From Eledone cirrhosa (taxonomy: Eukaryota), in contig OZ024740.1 in the NCBI GenBank assembly GCA_964016885.1, positions 203,980,001-204,044,000 of the forward strand: 64,000 nucleotides of DNA. The letters run 5' to 3'. This document shows positions 10,843 through 24,153 of this stretch, one piece after another. The translations under genes were made by a program, and so were the position numbers. The notes beneath the pieces are model-generated. The model was not told the DNA's origin. It did no database searches and saw only the letters and a program-made list of their open reading frames with translations. Within the stretch, counting starts at the first letter, position 1. Every line of letters begins with the position of its first letter.

Positions 10843-13800
10843 ATTTCATTTATTAGCCACAAGGGCCGACATGTAGACAGGGACAGTGGGGGTTTACAAA
10901 AAGGTAACAGTGCACAATGGCAAGACTAATTTAACAATGAAGATATAAAAAATATAAAATAAACTATGCATAAATATAACAAAATAAATTCCCCGATAGG
11001 GGGTGGACGACCCTGGGGTGACTCAGGTACCCCACCAATCATGAACTACCCGGCGCTTCTAGGGCGCCCGGGGAGAGCACCCCTCTCCTCAAGTTAGCTA
11101 GCCTATAGGCGCATGGTCAGAGTAGGCCCATTCACACGGGCCATTCTCGCCACATTCATCCACCTTTTAGCAAATGTACTGGGGGGGGGGGGCACTTCTC
11201 TCTCCACCCTCAGCTTCCTTTCCAGGTGAAACTTGAAGAAGTTGATGAGGGATTGGCCGAAGAGAAAAGTGTCTGACTTCAGTCCTTTTAATCTGGTCCA
11301 CCATATAACCTCTTTCGCAACTGCCACCAGACAGAGGAAAATTTCCTGCTCTTCCTGACCTAAGGAAGGCGGCGGGTCGATCGTCACTATGGACTCGGCC
11401 GATAGCCGGATTCGTTCCACACGTGACAGTAGCTGTTCGACATAACTCCACAAGTCAGTAATGCACGGACATTGGACAAGTGCGTGCAGAACGGTTTCGT
11501 CGTTCTGTGTGCATCTTGGTCAGGTCCGTCTGACAGCACTTCCATGCCTGTAGAGTTTATCCCGAACTGGCAGTGCCCCCCGGTAGCACTGCCAAGCGAG
11601 GGATTTCTGGAAATTGTCCATCGTCTCCAGCTCGAAAGTCCTCCGGTACAGACTGGTCAGTTCGACTTCGTCGAAGCCCAAAGCTTCTCCGAGTGCCTCA
11701 TCGCACTTCCCCACCACTAATCCTCTATAGAACTCGAGAGTGGAAGTTCCACTGATCGCATAGCCCGCTTGGTAGAGGGCAGTGAGTGCCTGGCAACATT
11801 CCAGGTGTCAGTCACCCAGTCTCGGTCTCTTTTTGACGCAGGACTGCAGCTCAGTCAAAGAAACGAGCTGAGGAAAGGCCCGTCTGATAAACGGCGACCA
11901 CACCTGTTCACCGTTTAGGCAGAATATCTGGAGATGTCGCAGCCTCAACGCATGTCTGCGCATCATTAGCCACGGCATGCCCATCCCTCCGCGTAGAGGG
12001 TGCTGGCAGCAGATGGACCGCCTCACCAACGGAACTTGTCCCCTCCACAAGAATTTGAAGAGGAGCCGTTCCAACTTGACAAGGCGCGGACGGAGACAAG
12101 GCACGACGGTCAGGGGGTAGTAGATGACGGACGCGATGTACGCATTCGCCACCTCCGCGCGACCTTTCAGTGATAGCGTCCTCCCAGCCCATTTTTGGGG
12201 TGAGACTGGCTGCTCTGCTCGTTACCTCGTCCCAATTCTTTTCCACCTGGAGGTCTGGTCCGAACCAAACTCCGAGCAGCTTTACCGGTCCGCCCGTCCA
12301 GCGCCCCACGACGCTGTTGGACGGCATGGGCTTGTCTCTCCAGGTTCCGAGCTGCTGTGGCTAATAAATGAAATCATTATCATGACTCTTAATATTGATG
12401 AGCATACACATTTCTAAATGAACTCATATCTGTTTATATATTTGAAAGCTTCACTCACAACTCCGATTTCTGAGGTGTTCGACACCATCACGGTGATGTC
12501 GTCCGCATAAGCCGACACCGCCTTTCCACGTCCCGTTTCGAGCGGGATGCCCTGCAACAGCTCCCGCTTCCGCAGTAAAGGCTCGAGAGTCAATACGTAC
12601 AGAAAGGAAGAGAGAGGGCACCCTTGACGGACCCATCGTGCGAGCCGAAATGGTTCCGACCACCGAGCGTGTGCCGCTGTGCATTGCAGCGATCCAGCTT
12701 CTGAACACAGGGCCGAAGCCAGCTGCTTTGAGGACAAACTCCAGATACCGATAGTTGACCCTATCGAATGCTTTCGATTGATCAGTGCCCCACCGAAGCC
12801 AGGTTTACACCCTACCCTCTCTATGATATATCGCATGAGGTGTAGATTGTCGTGTATGCACCTGGCTGGGATTGCGCAAGTTTGCGCCTCCCCAACCAAA
12901 TCCTCGACGGCAAGCGCCAATCTCTTTGCTAACATCTTGGCCAAAATCTTAAACTCTGTGTTGAGCAGAGTTATGGGCCTGAAGTTGTCTAATGTATCCC
13001 TCTTGTTCTCGTCTTCCCTTATCAGCGTCACCACTCCCCTGCTCACAGAACTGGGAATACTCCCATTCTGCTGCCAGTTGCAGTAGAGGGCTTCGAGGAG
13101 ATCGGAGAACAAGTCTGGTATATTTACGTAAAGCTCTGAGGGCAGGCCATCCAAACCGGGTGACTTGCGCCTCATGCAGCCGACAAGAGTGTCCTGAATT
13201 TCGGCTGAAGTAATCGGCCTTTCGCAGCGCTCAGCGTCGTCCGTCAAGATGCGCGGCAAGCCGTCAAGGTAGGGGCTGAAATCCGCTACTCTCTCTGACT
13301 CGCCACTCTCCCCGAGCAACTGAGCAAAGTGCTGACGAAATGCCTCACACATCCGCTTGGGATCGCTTATCTCGTGTCCGTCTCGGTCCGCCAAAGACCG
13401 AATTGTGGTTTTATTACCACGCTGCGCCTCCGCCATGCGGGCCTATCGAACAGCTTTGGGTCCCTCGTTTCTCAGCGCACTCGCCTTAGCTCTGACAATG
13501 CAACCTTCGTGTTTCGCATTGAAGAAATGGTCTAATTCCATTCTCGCCGCGAGCACGTCAGTTGCAATGCCACTACAAATACCCTCGTCTAACTTATCTA
13601 CCAGCTCCCCCTCCTTTCTATTTTTCTCTAACGCTAGTTCTTTGCTGAACTCTATCGAAGTTACTCTAATCTCTCTTTTGAGAGCCCCCCACCATCTGTT
13701 GATGATGATCCCCCCTGCTAACTTTTGCTTAACTAAATTGTTGACTCGACCCCTGTAGGCCTTATGTGCCGGAAATGACATGTTCAGCTTCCAGTAACCC

Positions 13801-15375
13801 GGTCCCAACCTACGCGTTTTATCTAGGTCGACCATACAAATCACAAATTTGTGATCTGAATAGGCGACCGTTTTAAAAAGTGAGCAGCCCACACTATTTC
13901 TATCTATTTTCCTAATGAAGATCCTGTCTATATACGATCTAAATGACCCCATTCAGTTGGTCCATGTCCATACTGGCACATTGGGGAAATCTAGTCGATA
14001 CCTGTCAGACAGTTGGAACTGGCTGAGTAGGTGCTTGAGGCTTTTGCACCCCACCCCCCGCTCATATCAGCTACTCCCACACAATCCCAGCGTGCGCCTA
14101 AGATGCCATTCCAGTCCCCTGCTAACAGTAAAGGGCCAGACGTACCCAGAAAGGTATCCAGGCGCCTAAAGAAGTCCTGTCGTCCGGCGCCTCTAGGGGC
14201 GTAGACGGCCAGCAGTCTAAAAGCACCACCTTCGCTACTGCTCACATTCAAGACCATCAACTTACCGTCCGGGTCCCGGAAGATCGGCCTTACCTCGAGA
14301 TCCAGTCCTTTCCTAAACAGCACTGCCACCCCACCTCCCATTCCCGGCCTGCTAACAGATGCGAAGATCTGATAGTCGTCGAAAATGGGGGCTAGTGCGC
14401 GCGTGTCAGAAATTCTGGTCTCGCTGACGGCAATCACATCCATTTCCAGCGACCTGAGGTCGTTGAGCAGGTGACCCTGCTTCCAGGGTGACCCCAGGCC
14501 ACGAACATTTAAACTTCCTATTCTTAATATGGCCAGGTTGGCAAGATATAAGAGAGAGGGAAGGTTTACTTACCTCCCGGGGTCTTGTGAAGGTCGGGTG
14601 GTTCGACCTCCATGGTTGGTGGGGTTTCTTTTGGGAACCCCTTTAAAAGTCTCGATGTGGGTTTCACATTCAGGGTTCCCACGTCTTGAGGAAAGCTCTC
14701 CCGAATTTCTTTGAAGGAATCGAGTGACATTCGGACCAAAAGCAAATCTTCTGGCACGCAAAATGTGCTCATTTCAAAAATCTCCCCCTCTGTTTGAATG
14801 TCCTCGCTTCGTGCTAAGAGGGCCATCAGTTTATCGTTGGCGCTTCTGACAAGCACGAAGTTTTTAACATTTTGTTGGTGTGGTTTTATTTGTTTTCGTT
14901 TTGGTGACTGTGGTGGTGATGGTTTTGGTGGTGTTGTTTCGGGTATGTCTGTGTTTGTTGTAGGTATGGTGTCTGCAATTTCAGGTATTTGTGTTTGTTT
15001 AGGTTGTTTGAGTTTCGGGGATTGTGGGGGTGGTGTCAATGTTGCTGTTGGTGCTGATGTTATTGGGGAAGTGTTTACGTTAGTGGTATCTGTATTTTTT
15101 GTTGTGTATGCTTTTTGTGTTTTGTTGGGCCTTTTTTTTTTGGTGAGTTTTCTCTGGTTTTTTTTTGCACTTTTGTGTTTTCCTTCATCTTCGCTGCTGG
15201 AAGACAAAGGGTCTGTGGCTGTGAGTGTCTCTGTGTCTGTGTGTGCGTTTATTGTTTTGTCTATGTGTATAGTTTGGGGGGGGGGAAGCTTTCTTCGTTT
15301 TCCCCTTGGATTGGTTTCGGTGTTGGTGGTGGCCCGGCTGTTTTTGATGTTGGTGTTAAAATTATAATCCATATT
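10843..15375 (-). mobile_element. L1/Tx1-clade LINE, 5'-truncated in ORF1, ORF2 disrupted
   Basis: ORF1 remnant 14566-15393; ORF2 about 14536-11103 in pieces: APE endonuclease (LNVRGL, GDWN, SDH), RT (KSPGLDG, FRPITLLN, RQGCPLS, YADD) and a C-terminal Cys/His region; AATAAA plus a short tail at about 10850. Confidence 0.92.
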
Positions 15376-15509
15376 ATAAATATATACACACACTCACACA
15401 TACACACATATATCTACATACATACTTACACACACACACACACACACACACACACTTACACACATACATATATATATAAGCACGTATATACATACACACA
15501 TATAAACAC

Positions 15510-15707
15510 ATATGTACCCTTTAGAAGAATGAAAATAGAAATAACATGTACATGCCGTTTACTTATCATAGTTTGTATTGACGTTTATGGACAAAAGTTT
15601 CACTATCTCCAACCTAATTCCTTTCGCCTATAAACGTCAATACAAACTGTGATAAGTAATTAGCATGTACATGTTATTTCTATTTTCATTCTTCTAAAAG
15701 ATACATA
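15510..15707. repeat. Approximately 200-bp imperfect hairpin/foldback
   Basis: tagaagaatgaaaatagaaataacatgtacatgc...tattgacgtttat pairs with ataaacgtcaata...gcatgtacatgttatttctattttcattcttcta. Confidence 0.85.
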
Positions 15708-16825
15708 AGTTTCTGTTGGAGCAGCGTGAAATGAAGTGTTTTGCTGAAGAACACAACGCGCCACTCGATCCAAGAATCCTACAACATTATGCCCGTAATT
15801 CCAACACCCTAACCACTAGAACACACTAACCACTTAACCCCATAACCTATTGTTAAATTTAATTATGCAAAAGAATGATGATTTTGTTAATACAATCGGA
15901 CATCTTTCAAAATCAATGGTTATATAAATGGCATTATTGAGGTTAATTAAAAGACAATTAATGATAAATTAATCGTAAGATATTTTCCACATGGTGCCTT
16001 TTTTAAAAACATAACTCTAAATCAATAAATGAAATTATTTACTAGTGCAGCTGAAATATTTCTCCTAGTCAAGGTGTAGATTTTGCTCCCGGCCCCTTTT
16101 TTCGTTGTTTAATTTATTTCCCTTTTCCCCCCTCTTTTTTTTTCTCTTTTACTATTTATTTCTTTAATCTTTTCTTATTTTGTGTTCTTGAGTAAAACAC
16201 TTCACTCCACGTTGCTCCAATATACTCAGCTGAAAATGTGTACCAGTAATAGCTGGGAGTTTGACCCTGCGATGGACTGGCGTCCTGTCCAGGGGGAGTC
16301 TTGTACTCTCAGTCGCTTCACGCCACGCAAACGGGGATAAGCACAATGTCTGGTGAGCTTCCGAGCTTCGAGACAGACTTTAGACTTTTTAGACATCATT
16401 GTATACTTCTCTTCAACAATAAATTTACATTAACCACTGAGCGGTGAATTGGCCGAGTCGACAGAGCGTCGGAATAAATACCTCGGTATTTGTTCCGGCT
16501 CTCTGTGTTTCTTTGAGTTCAAATCCCGCCGAGTTCAACTTTGCCTTTCATCTTTTCGCGATCTAGAGACGATACATTGGCGAAATTGTAAAAGAGCTGG
16601 ACTGGATGCTTTACGATATTTGATCTGGTTATGTGAGTTTTGAGTTCCAATCCCACCTCCTTTTACCTGGAGTTACGGTCAGTATATAGTAACGGCAAAG
16701 GAAAGACACTTACACATACACACGCACGTAACCCCCCCTCTCTCTCTCTTACACACACACACATACATACATGCATGAATGTATGTATGTATATATATAT
16801 ATACTTCGCTTTTGAAATTGATTTG

Positions 16826-17120
16826 CAAGATTTCTTATCTGAAAACGTGTGTTGAAACAGATATTGTTATACTTTGGGAGGGCCATGCTGCCAATAAAAA
16901 CACACACACACCTGTTGGTTTTCACTTCAATTTATTATAAATTTCTGGTTGGCTGGTTGGTTGGTTGGTTGGTTCGATAACCGGATGGTTGTTTATATAT
17001 TATCAAAGTTCTTTCGTCACATATCATGTGACCTCCTCAGTGACTGGGTTTTATTATTTTTTTTTTTTTGTATTTCTGAGGTCACAAAATGTGTGACGAA
17101 AGAACTTTGACAATATATAA
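16826..17120 (-). mobile_element. Solo pLTR fragment of the Neptune-like family with an HHR (17002-17044) and an inverted partial HHR copy (17077-17120)
   Basis: Matches 9170-9393 in reverse; minus strand reads gtca CTGAGGA g gtcac..gtgac GAAAgaacTT tgat. Confidence 0.85.
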
Positions 17121-17126
17121 ATACAT

Positions 17127-17892
17127 ACTTGATTCTAGTGCTGATGCATGAAGATGACCAGACTGGGCGCAGCTGCTGGAAAACTGTGGCTCCTTTACCG
17201 ATCCGACAGTTGATGTCGAGCTCCGCGTTGCCCTTTCTTGCCAGGATACTGCCCGAATAGGTGAAGTGATTGACCTCCTCCAAGTCTTGTTGGTTGACTC
17301 TGATCGCTGGACCTGTGTTGTTGGCTGTTCTCATCACCTTGGTATTTTTATTGTTGGTTCTCAGGCGTATCTTTTCCGCAGTCTCTTGCACGGATTTTGT
17401 TAGAGCTTGCCTGTACAAGAGCATCGTGCTGCCGACAGAGCTTTACGCGAGCGAAACCTGAAAGAGCACGGCAAAGATAGAGAGACGGGTGAACGCTTTC
17501 CACCAGCGGTGCCGGCGAATGATGCATCAGCGGTGCCTGTGAATGATCCTTTGTGTGTCCTGGCGTGACCGAGTGCGAAACGAGAAAATCCTGCGGAGAG
17601 CCAAGTCGTGGACGCTACAGAGGATGGTCACGGAGTGGTGGTGCCGCCTGGCTGGCCATTTTCTGCGCCTTCCCGACGAACAACACTCTAAAACAGCGAT
17701 TAACTGGACTCCACTTGACGGCAAACGGAGGCGGAGTTGTCCCAGGATCACCTGGCGACGTATGTTCCGAAAAAACCTGATGGCAGCCAACATCACTTGG
17801 CACAAACGCGAAAAAGCCGCCGCTGATCGTAACCGTTGGTGAATGTTTACTTCTTGATGCGCCGAAAGGCGCGGAAGAACCTAAGAACTAAG
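17127..17892 (+). mobile_element. RTE-clade LINE 3' fragment with a 5' inversion
   Basis: 17127-17395 (minus) encodes LEEVNHFTYSGS...ISTRIK; 17400 onward (plus) continues LYKSIVLPTELYASET...WRDRVRNE...AADRNRW; short ctaag repeat tail. Confidence 0.85.
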
Positions 17893-18474
17893 ACATCACC
17901 ATCATTTGTTCTAGCAGTGACAGAGAGAAACAATCGATAATATTATGTTTAGGTTATTGCCCTTTGTCAAGGTTGTGTATCTCACTTCTGTCACTCAAAT
18001 TCTAATTTTGGTTCAAGATATCTTTCTCGACTTGAATTACCAGTTTTACGCGGACGCTTCAATTGATTAAATAGTTAAATAAATAAATAATGTGTTCGTG
18101 TAGAAAGAGACACTCTTATCGCTACAAAGCAGATACAGACTGTAATTTTCTTCTCAATTTAGAAACAATTTAGACACGCAATGTCGGCACTAAATTTTAC
18201 CTGATACATTTATAACGATTTTCGTGATTACTCCGTAAGCAATATTATAGCTATCTTCATTCTTTAACTTAAATAGAAAATACAATTAGAACATGGCATC
18301 TAATTATTTGATCACATGAATATGTAAATATGCAAATGAGATTAGCGTTTGGTATTTGTTGCTGTTATTGAGGCATCATATAATAAAGGATTTTGTTCCA
18401 TAAATTCAGCGAATGATTATCGAATTAAAAAGTTTAGTAAGTTTGCATAGCCCTAGAGATGTTTCGTGAGGTGA

Positions 18475-18740
18475 CATGGCTTAGTGGTAAGGGTGTTCGG
18501 TCATGGGTTCTATTTCTGTCTTTGACAAAAAACACTATACAGTATTTCGCGTTGCTCCAGTCAACTCAGACAGCAAAACTGTCAGCCTTGTTACACATTT
18601 AATTACGCTGAATCTCTGAGAACCATATTAAGGGAGCACGTGTCTGTTGTATTCTCAGCCCCTCGAACGTTAATTTCATGAGCTGGCAATTCCATTGTTC
18701 GAACAACTGGAACACTCGTCATCAGAACCGACAGAGGTCA
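18475..18740 (+). mobile_element. tRNA-derived SINE (family B)
   Basis: tggcttagtggt A box; body and 3' end (actcgtcatcagaaccgacagaggtc) shared with other copies. Confidence 0.6.
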
Positions 18741-18756
18741 CGCACGCACACACAAA

Positions 18757-18830
<74 letters not shown>

Positions 18831-18944
18831 TAAGAGGAATTCCAACTTTGTCTGATTTACTCGTTTTATTTACAATCCTTTAAAATATATATAATGGTAT
18901 TATAATGAAATAGTATGATAGAATATTAAATTCTAAGTGTTAAT

Positions 18945-18983
18945 TGAACAAGTACTTTCATGCTTTCGCAATCTTCAGGTTCA
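18945..18983 (-). ncRNA. Minimal type I hammerhead ribozyme in an approximately 440-bp unit between (TA)n tracts
   Basis: Minus strand: tgaac CTGAAGA t tgc-gaaa-gca t GAAA gtac TT gttca; palindromic stem III AGTACT. Confidence 0.78.
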
Positions 18984-19265
18984 TGATATGTGGTGACGGT
19001 CGAGTTTGCAATTTTCAACTGTATATATATATTAGAAAGTGAGGTTTTTTTTTACAAAATGAAAAATAACCGCGGTGTCCTACACGAGTGGAAGTATAAA
19101 GAAAAAGAGATGAAATCGAAAATGCAACTGAAGTCTTATTTTTTTTTTTTAAATATATATATTTATTTGGTTCCTTTACCGGTTTCGCAGTTCTTCTGCT
19201 TTTCAAAAGGTGAGTTGAGATGGAGGGTCTGAGTTGAGATGGCGGGTCTGTGGTTTTTCTCACAT

Positions 19266-19393
<128 letters not shown>

Positions 19394-19400
19394 AAAATAT

Positions 19401-19438
<38 letters not shown>

Positions 19439-19777
19439 TACATATTATTTTATTTAACAATGATAACAAAGGCAAGTTATTTTACATATCTCATTCATTG
19501 ATTTACAATCGTTTCGGAGGGTTGATCTTATCGATATATTGACTGATATACAACAGTTACAGAACTGTATACTATCAGACATAATATATGGGTTCGATCA
19601 TACCGTCTTCGGAAACAATGAAGTTAGAACCCTTATTGGTAGTATATGAAAAGGGTAGTTATAAGAATAGACATACCATACAAATATATATTCCAGATTG
19701 CCTGCTTTGATTGGTAAAGATAGTGGAAGGGGGAGTGTTCTAGGGTCTTATCCCCAATATCGTTAGAGGAGTAAGTT

Positions 19778-19922
19778 GAAGAAGAAGAAGAAGAAGAAGA
19801 AGAAGAAGAAGAAGAAGAAGAAGAAGAAGAAGAAGAAGAAGAAAAGAAAAGAAAAGAAAAGAAAAGAAAAGAAAAGAAAAGAAAAGAAAAGAAAAGAAAA
19901 GAAAAGAAAAGAAAAGAAAAGA
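19778..19922. repeat. Compound (GAA)n/(GAAAA)n microsatellite
   Basis: Direct reading. Confidence 0.98.
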
Positions 19923-20457
19923 ATTATGATAGCATGAAATAATTAGTTCCTGAAAACTTTAAAATACTATAAACCTACCTAATACTTGAAATCACTATGG
20001 CCATAACTAGTTTCTTCAACCAAGTGAGACATAACTGGAAATAATATATTCTTACCCAAATAATCTACCTATAGAATAAATGAATGTTGGTAATTAATTA
20101 AATCAGCATTAATCTGATCCTTCAAAGGCAGTTATAATATTTCCTCCAATCAATAATACTCGTTAAGTAATCAAAATAACTTATAATTGACTTAATGAAA
20201 AACATTTTCTACCTAAACTCTAATAAATATTCAAAAACAATATTAACATTTGAAATACAACTTAATTACCATGTACTAATATCACCTAACCAGAAATAAT
20301 ATTAGCCTTGAACATTTTCTATTACTCAATATTTTCCCATATTAAAATTACACTTCACCTGTAATTTCTATACGACTTACAAATTAACCCAAATTAGCGC
20401 AAACAAACAAATTAACCAAATTAGCGCAAACTTCTTCTATCCAAACATTATTACCTA

Positions 20458-20630
20458 TTGGCAGTATCGGTAGAGAGTCGGACGCCATGCTATCCAGCAT
20501 AGTTACAGTTCTTTACGGTCTGAGTTCAAATTCCGCCGAGGTTCACTTTGCCTTTCATCCTTACGGGGTCGATAAAGTACCAGTAATGTACTGGGTAATT
20601 GCTGGCCTTGTGCCTAAAGTAGAAACAATC
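20458..20630 (+). mobile_element. SINE (family A)
   Basis: tggcagtatcggtagag head, gagttcaaattcc, family core; short flanking duplication attacctat. Confidence 0.75.
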
Positions 20631-20771
20631 ATTACCTATCCTAAATCAGCATTAGAATTGAAAAATAATTTTTTCTTACCATGTATGTATTTATATATAC
20701 ATATATAACCTGGATTAAGAAACAAAGTTTGCCTTCAAATTGTTTTTAACATTTTTTTTTTTTATCAAATA

Positions 20772-21571
20772 CTAGCAGTAAAGCCCGGCGTTGCTCGGGG
20801 TCGCTCAGTAGCTGTGTTAAAGTTACAATGTTAAGTTTCTTTTTTGGCTTAAAGTCTGTCTGCACGACTGTCTGTCTGCACGCCTAACGAAATTTACAGA
20901 TACATATATTTTAAATAAACTTATATAATTTTTGCTTTTTTTTACGAAATATTTGCTTGTTTTACGTAGTCTTTAAATAGACTTGTTTTCAAGTAAAAAT
21001 ATTGTTTTAAAAGGCTTTTAAATGGAAATGAAGCAAAACGGAAGCTTAGTGTTCGAACTGATGAATTTTGCAGGTCAAAATGTTGCTGGCTCGACAACTG
21101 TTCGTGTATTGTGTTAATGTCATTTTAAACGCTGAGAAAGCCAGCGTAATTTTTTTAATTTTTGCACGCAGAAAATGTAAACAACGTAAGACGCTCAATG
21201 TAAACAGAACAAAGGGAAATAACTCGTCACTTACGCTCAAAAATCGATACATTAGATTCGATTTCGTCACATAGGGTGGGTCAATTTGAAATATTTTTTT
21301 TCCGATGTCTTCGCTAGGGCTCAATGTACAAGTATAGCAATTTCGGTGCAATTCCGTCAGAGATTCTAAGAGGAGATGTGTGCCAAAAATCGATACATTA
21401 GATTCGATTTCGTCACATAGGGTGGGTCAATTTGAAATATTTTTTTCCGATGTCTTTGCTAGGGCTCAATGTACAAGTATAGCAATTTCGGTGCAATTCC
21501 GTCAGAGATTCTAAGAGATGTGTGCCAAAAATCGATAGACAGACAGACAACCACAGCTTTATATATATAGA
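20772..21571 (-). mobile_element. Non-autonomous Helitron (800 bp) with an internal approximately 147-bp tandem duplication
   Basis: Minus strand starts TC(TATATATATAAAG) followed by (GTCT)n, and ends with the GC hairpin CCCGAGCAACGCCGGG shortly before CTAG; inserted between A and T with no TSD; duplication at about 21240-21536. Confidence 0.85.
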
Positions 21572-22224
21572 TTACTTTCACAAGCTAGCAATACAATAAC
21601 TTATGAATCTAAACTATAATAAAGTAAGGAACGCGGGATTGCGTACGGTTTATAATGTTTTATCCCATTAGTAAAATAAGTTGGATTACTTTGAATAAAT
21701 AATGAAGGAATATTACATAATTTATCTAGTAAATTTCGTAGCTGTTCATTAAATCTATTTTATTGTTTATTTAAAGATTCACTTCTTTAAAATTTTCAAA
21801 TGTCAACTTCCGGTTAGCGATCGCTTAAATAAACATTCATATATTTCCGTCACTAATTTTCTCTTAATGCAGTTTATATATAATATCGTCTTTTTTTTAA
21901 TGTATCATGGATTACGTTACTGATTACATAAGAGAGTGTAACACAGTCTTCGTTCAATTTCTGTGTATATTGTCAATTACGATTTTATTTGATGTATCAT
22001 ATCTACATGCATATATACTTGCGTATAATATCAATATGCACACTACACATGTTAGCAGAAAACCACGCGAAAGGTGGTTTTTCTGCTAGTTAATCTAATA
22101 AACTTGTATAATAAGTAATTAATTTCCTTCTATCCAAATTAGAACACCTATGTAATAATAGATTTGTTAATTATCAACCAAATGTTTCACATCGCTTAAT
22201 TAAAACACATTACATCTCATTAAG

Positions 22225-22443
22225 TATTTATCTGGCTGCGTGGTTAAGGATTTCGCTTCGCAATCACGTGGTTTCGGGTTCTGGTCAAATGCAGTGGCAC
22301 ATTGATAAAGTGTTATCTACTATATCCTCGGTTTGGTCAGTATCTTGTAGATGAAATTTTGTAGACGGAAGCTGTACAAGAGCCTATCATATATGTATAT
22401 ACGCTAAGTTTCAAGGCATAAGCAAACAAAAACAGCTATAAAA

Positions 22444-22445
<2 letters not shown>
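22225..22445 (+). mobile_element. SINE-bearing segment; diverged inverted counterpart at 33505-33718
   Basis: gctgcgtggttaagg...gtttcgggttc head; similarity to the inverted copy extends from gtatttatctgg to the (TA)n. Confidence 0.7.
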
Positions 22446-22527
<82 letters not shown>

Positions 22528-23055
22528 ATAAACGTGCTGCGGAGTTGCAAACGGGTTACATATGAATACAGTGGTCCTTCATCAGTGATCTTCCAACCAT
22601 CATCGGTATTTCTTCGCTTTAAAGACCATATACCTCCGGCTGGTGCGAGCAACGGCTAAAGAAAGTCGTTGGGACATGTAAATGAAGGGAACGGCGAGAG
22701 TGTAAACAAACAAAGATGGTGAAGCAACGAAAAGTGAGGAAGAGCGAGTCAAGTCCAAAAATTTCTATGAATATAAGTTCGGTGAAATAGTGAACGAGAG
22801 AGAATAAAGACCATCAAACCTGGTTGAAGTGTGAGCAAGGAAGGAATTTCGCACAGGTCTAACGGGAGGAAGAAGGGGTCTAGTCTGTGAATTCGGTAAA
22901 CATAAGTTCTGTGAAATATATATACAGAGATATCCACGGTAAGTTGTGGGGTCTATTCTGCATGAAGAACTCAATGTAATCCATATGTTGAAATTGTTGT
23001 AGGTTAAGATAAATCCCGGAAAACAATAAAACATTAAAAGGAAAACAGAGTCATG

Positions 23056-24075
23056 ATATAAGTTAAAACAATGAAATAAAAAATCAAGTCATTAGAGATA
23101 TACTTCACTGCTTTACGATCGTTTCTAGGTGATGATAATACATTGTAGCTATACTTCGTTATTGATCTATGTAAGGTTAGTTACAAAATATCAGATAAAG
23201 AGAATATTTACTTACATGCATATCACTAGCTGTTTTCAAAAGCAATAATAATTTTATTCAGAATTAGTAGTATGTTAGTATCTTGCCTTTATTTGGAGGT
23301 AGTTGAAGAACTAACAAATGAAATTGTTTTTTTCATATGATGTTAAGATGAAAAGTAATTCACTTTAGTTGAGGTCATGACCCTTTGAAAGGAATGGTTG
23401 AATGGTGTTAATAATAGAATTGCCATAAAAAATCTATTAGGAAGAAAGGGATTGTCAAATTGTTAGTTGAATGTATCTGGTATAGTGAAGATTAAAAGGA
23501 ATGTAAAAATAAAATGATGATTAGTGTTGTATGGAGTTTTTAGGTGAATATAAATTATGGTCATGGCTAGGAAAGATAGTATATTAAAAGATGAAAATTA
23601 TAATAAGATAATGAAATACTGTAATGTAATAATATAATATAACTAACACAATATAGTACGGTGTGGTAAATTGCACTTAGTATAATACAGCGTATGATAG
23701 GCTCTAAAATACTATCAAGTGTTTATGTATAAATAATCAAACTCAGATAAATACATGTTGACATAGTCAAAACGCATAAATTACATAGATCACACTATAT
23801 ATAGAGAGGTATAGTTACATTGATACCCAACTAAAAATATACATACGCATAAATAGATGCAAACATAAATACACATTTACACATATGCGCATAATCATAT
23901 ACACATATATTTATACATATCTATATTTACACATACACACCTTTATCCACACACATATATATATATATGTATGCACACACTCATATATGTACACACATCC
24001 ATATATAAACACTCATACACATATACTCACATATTCACACACACAAACACACATATATAACCACACACACACACA

Positions 24076-24153
<78 letters not shown>

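Noticed and set aside
18329-18344. ATGCAAATGAGATTA identical to the motif at 51282
   Set aside because: No hammerhead found at the expected distance; it is a counter-example or decayed copy and was not counted.
22560-22600. CTGATGAAGGACC on the minus strand as a hammerhead
   Set aside because: No matching GAAA, stem III or stem I partner found downstream.
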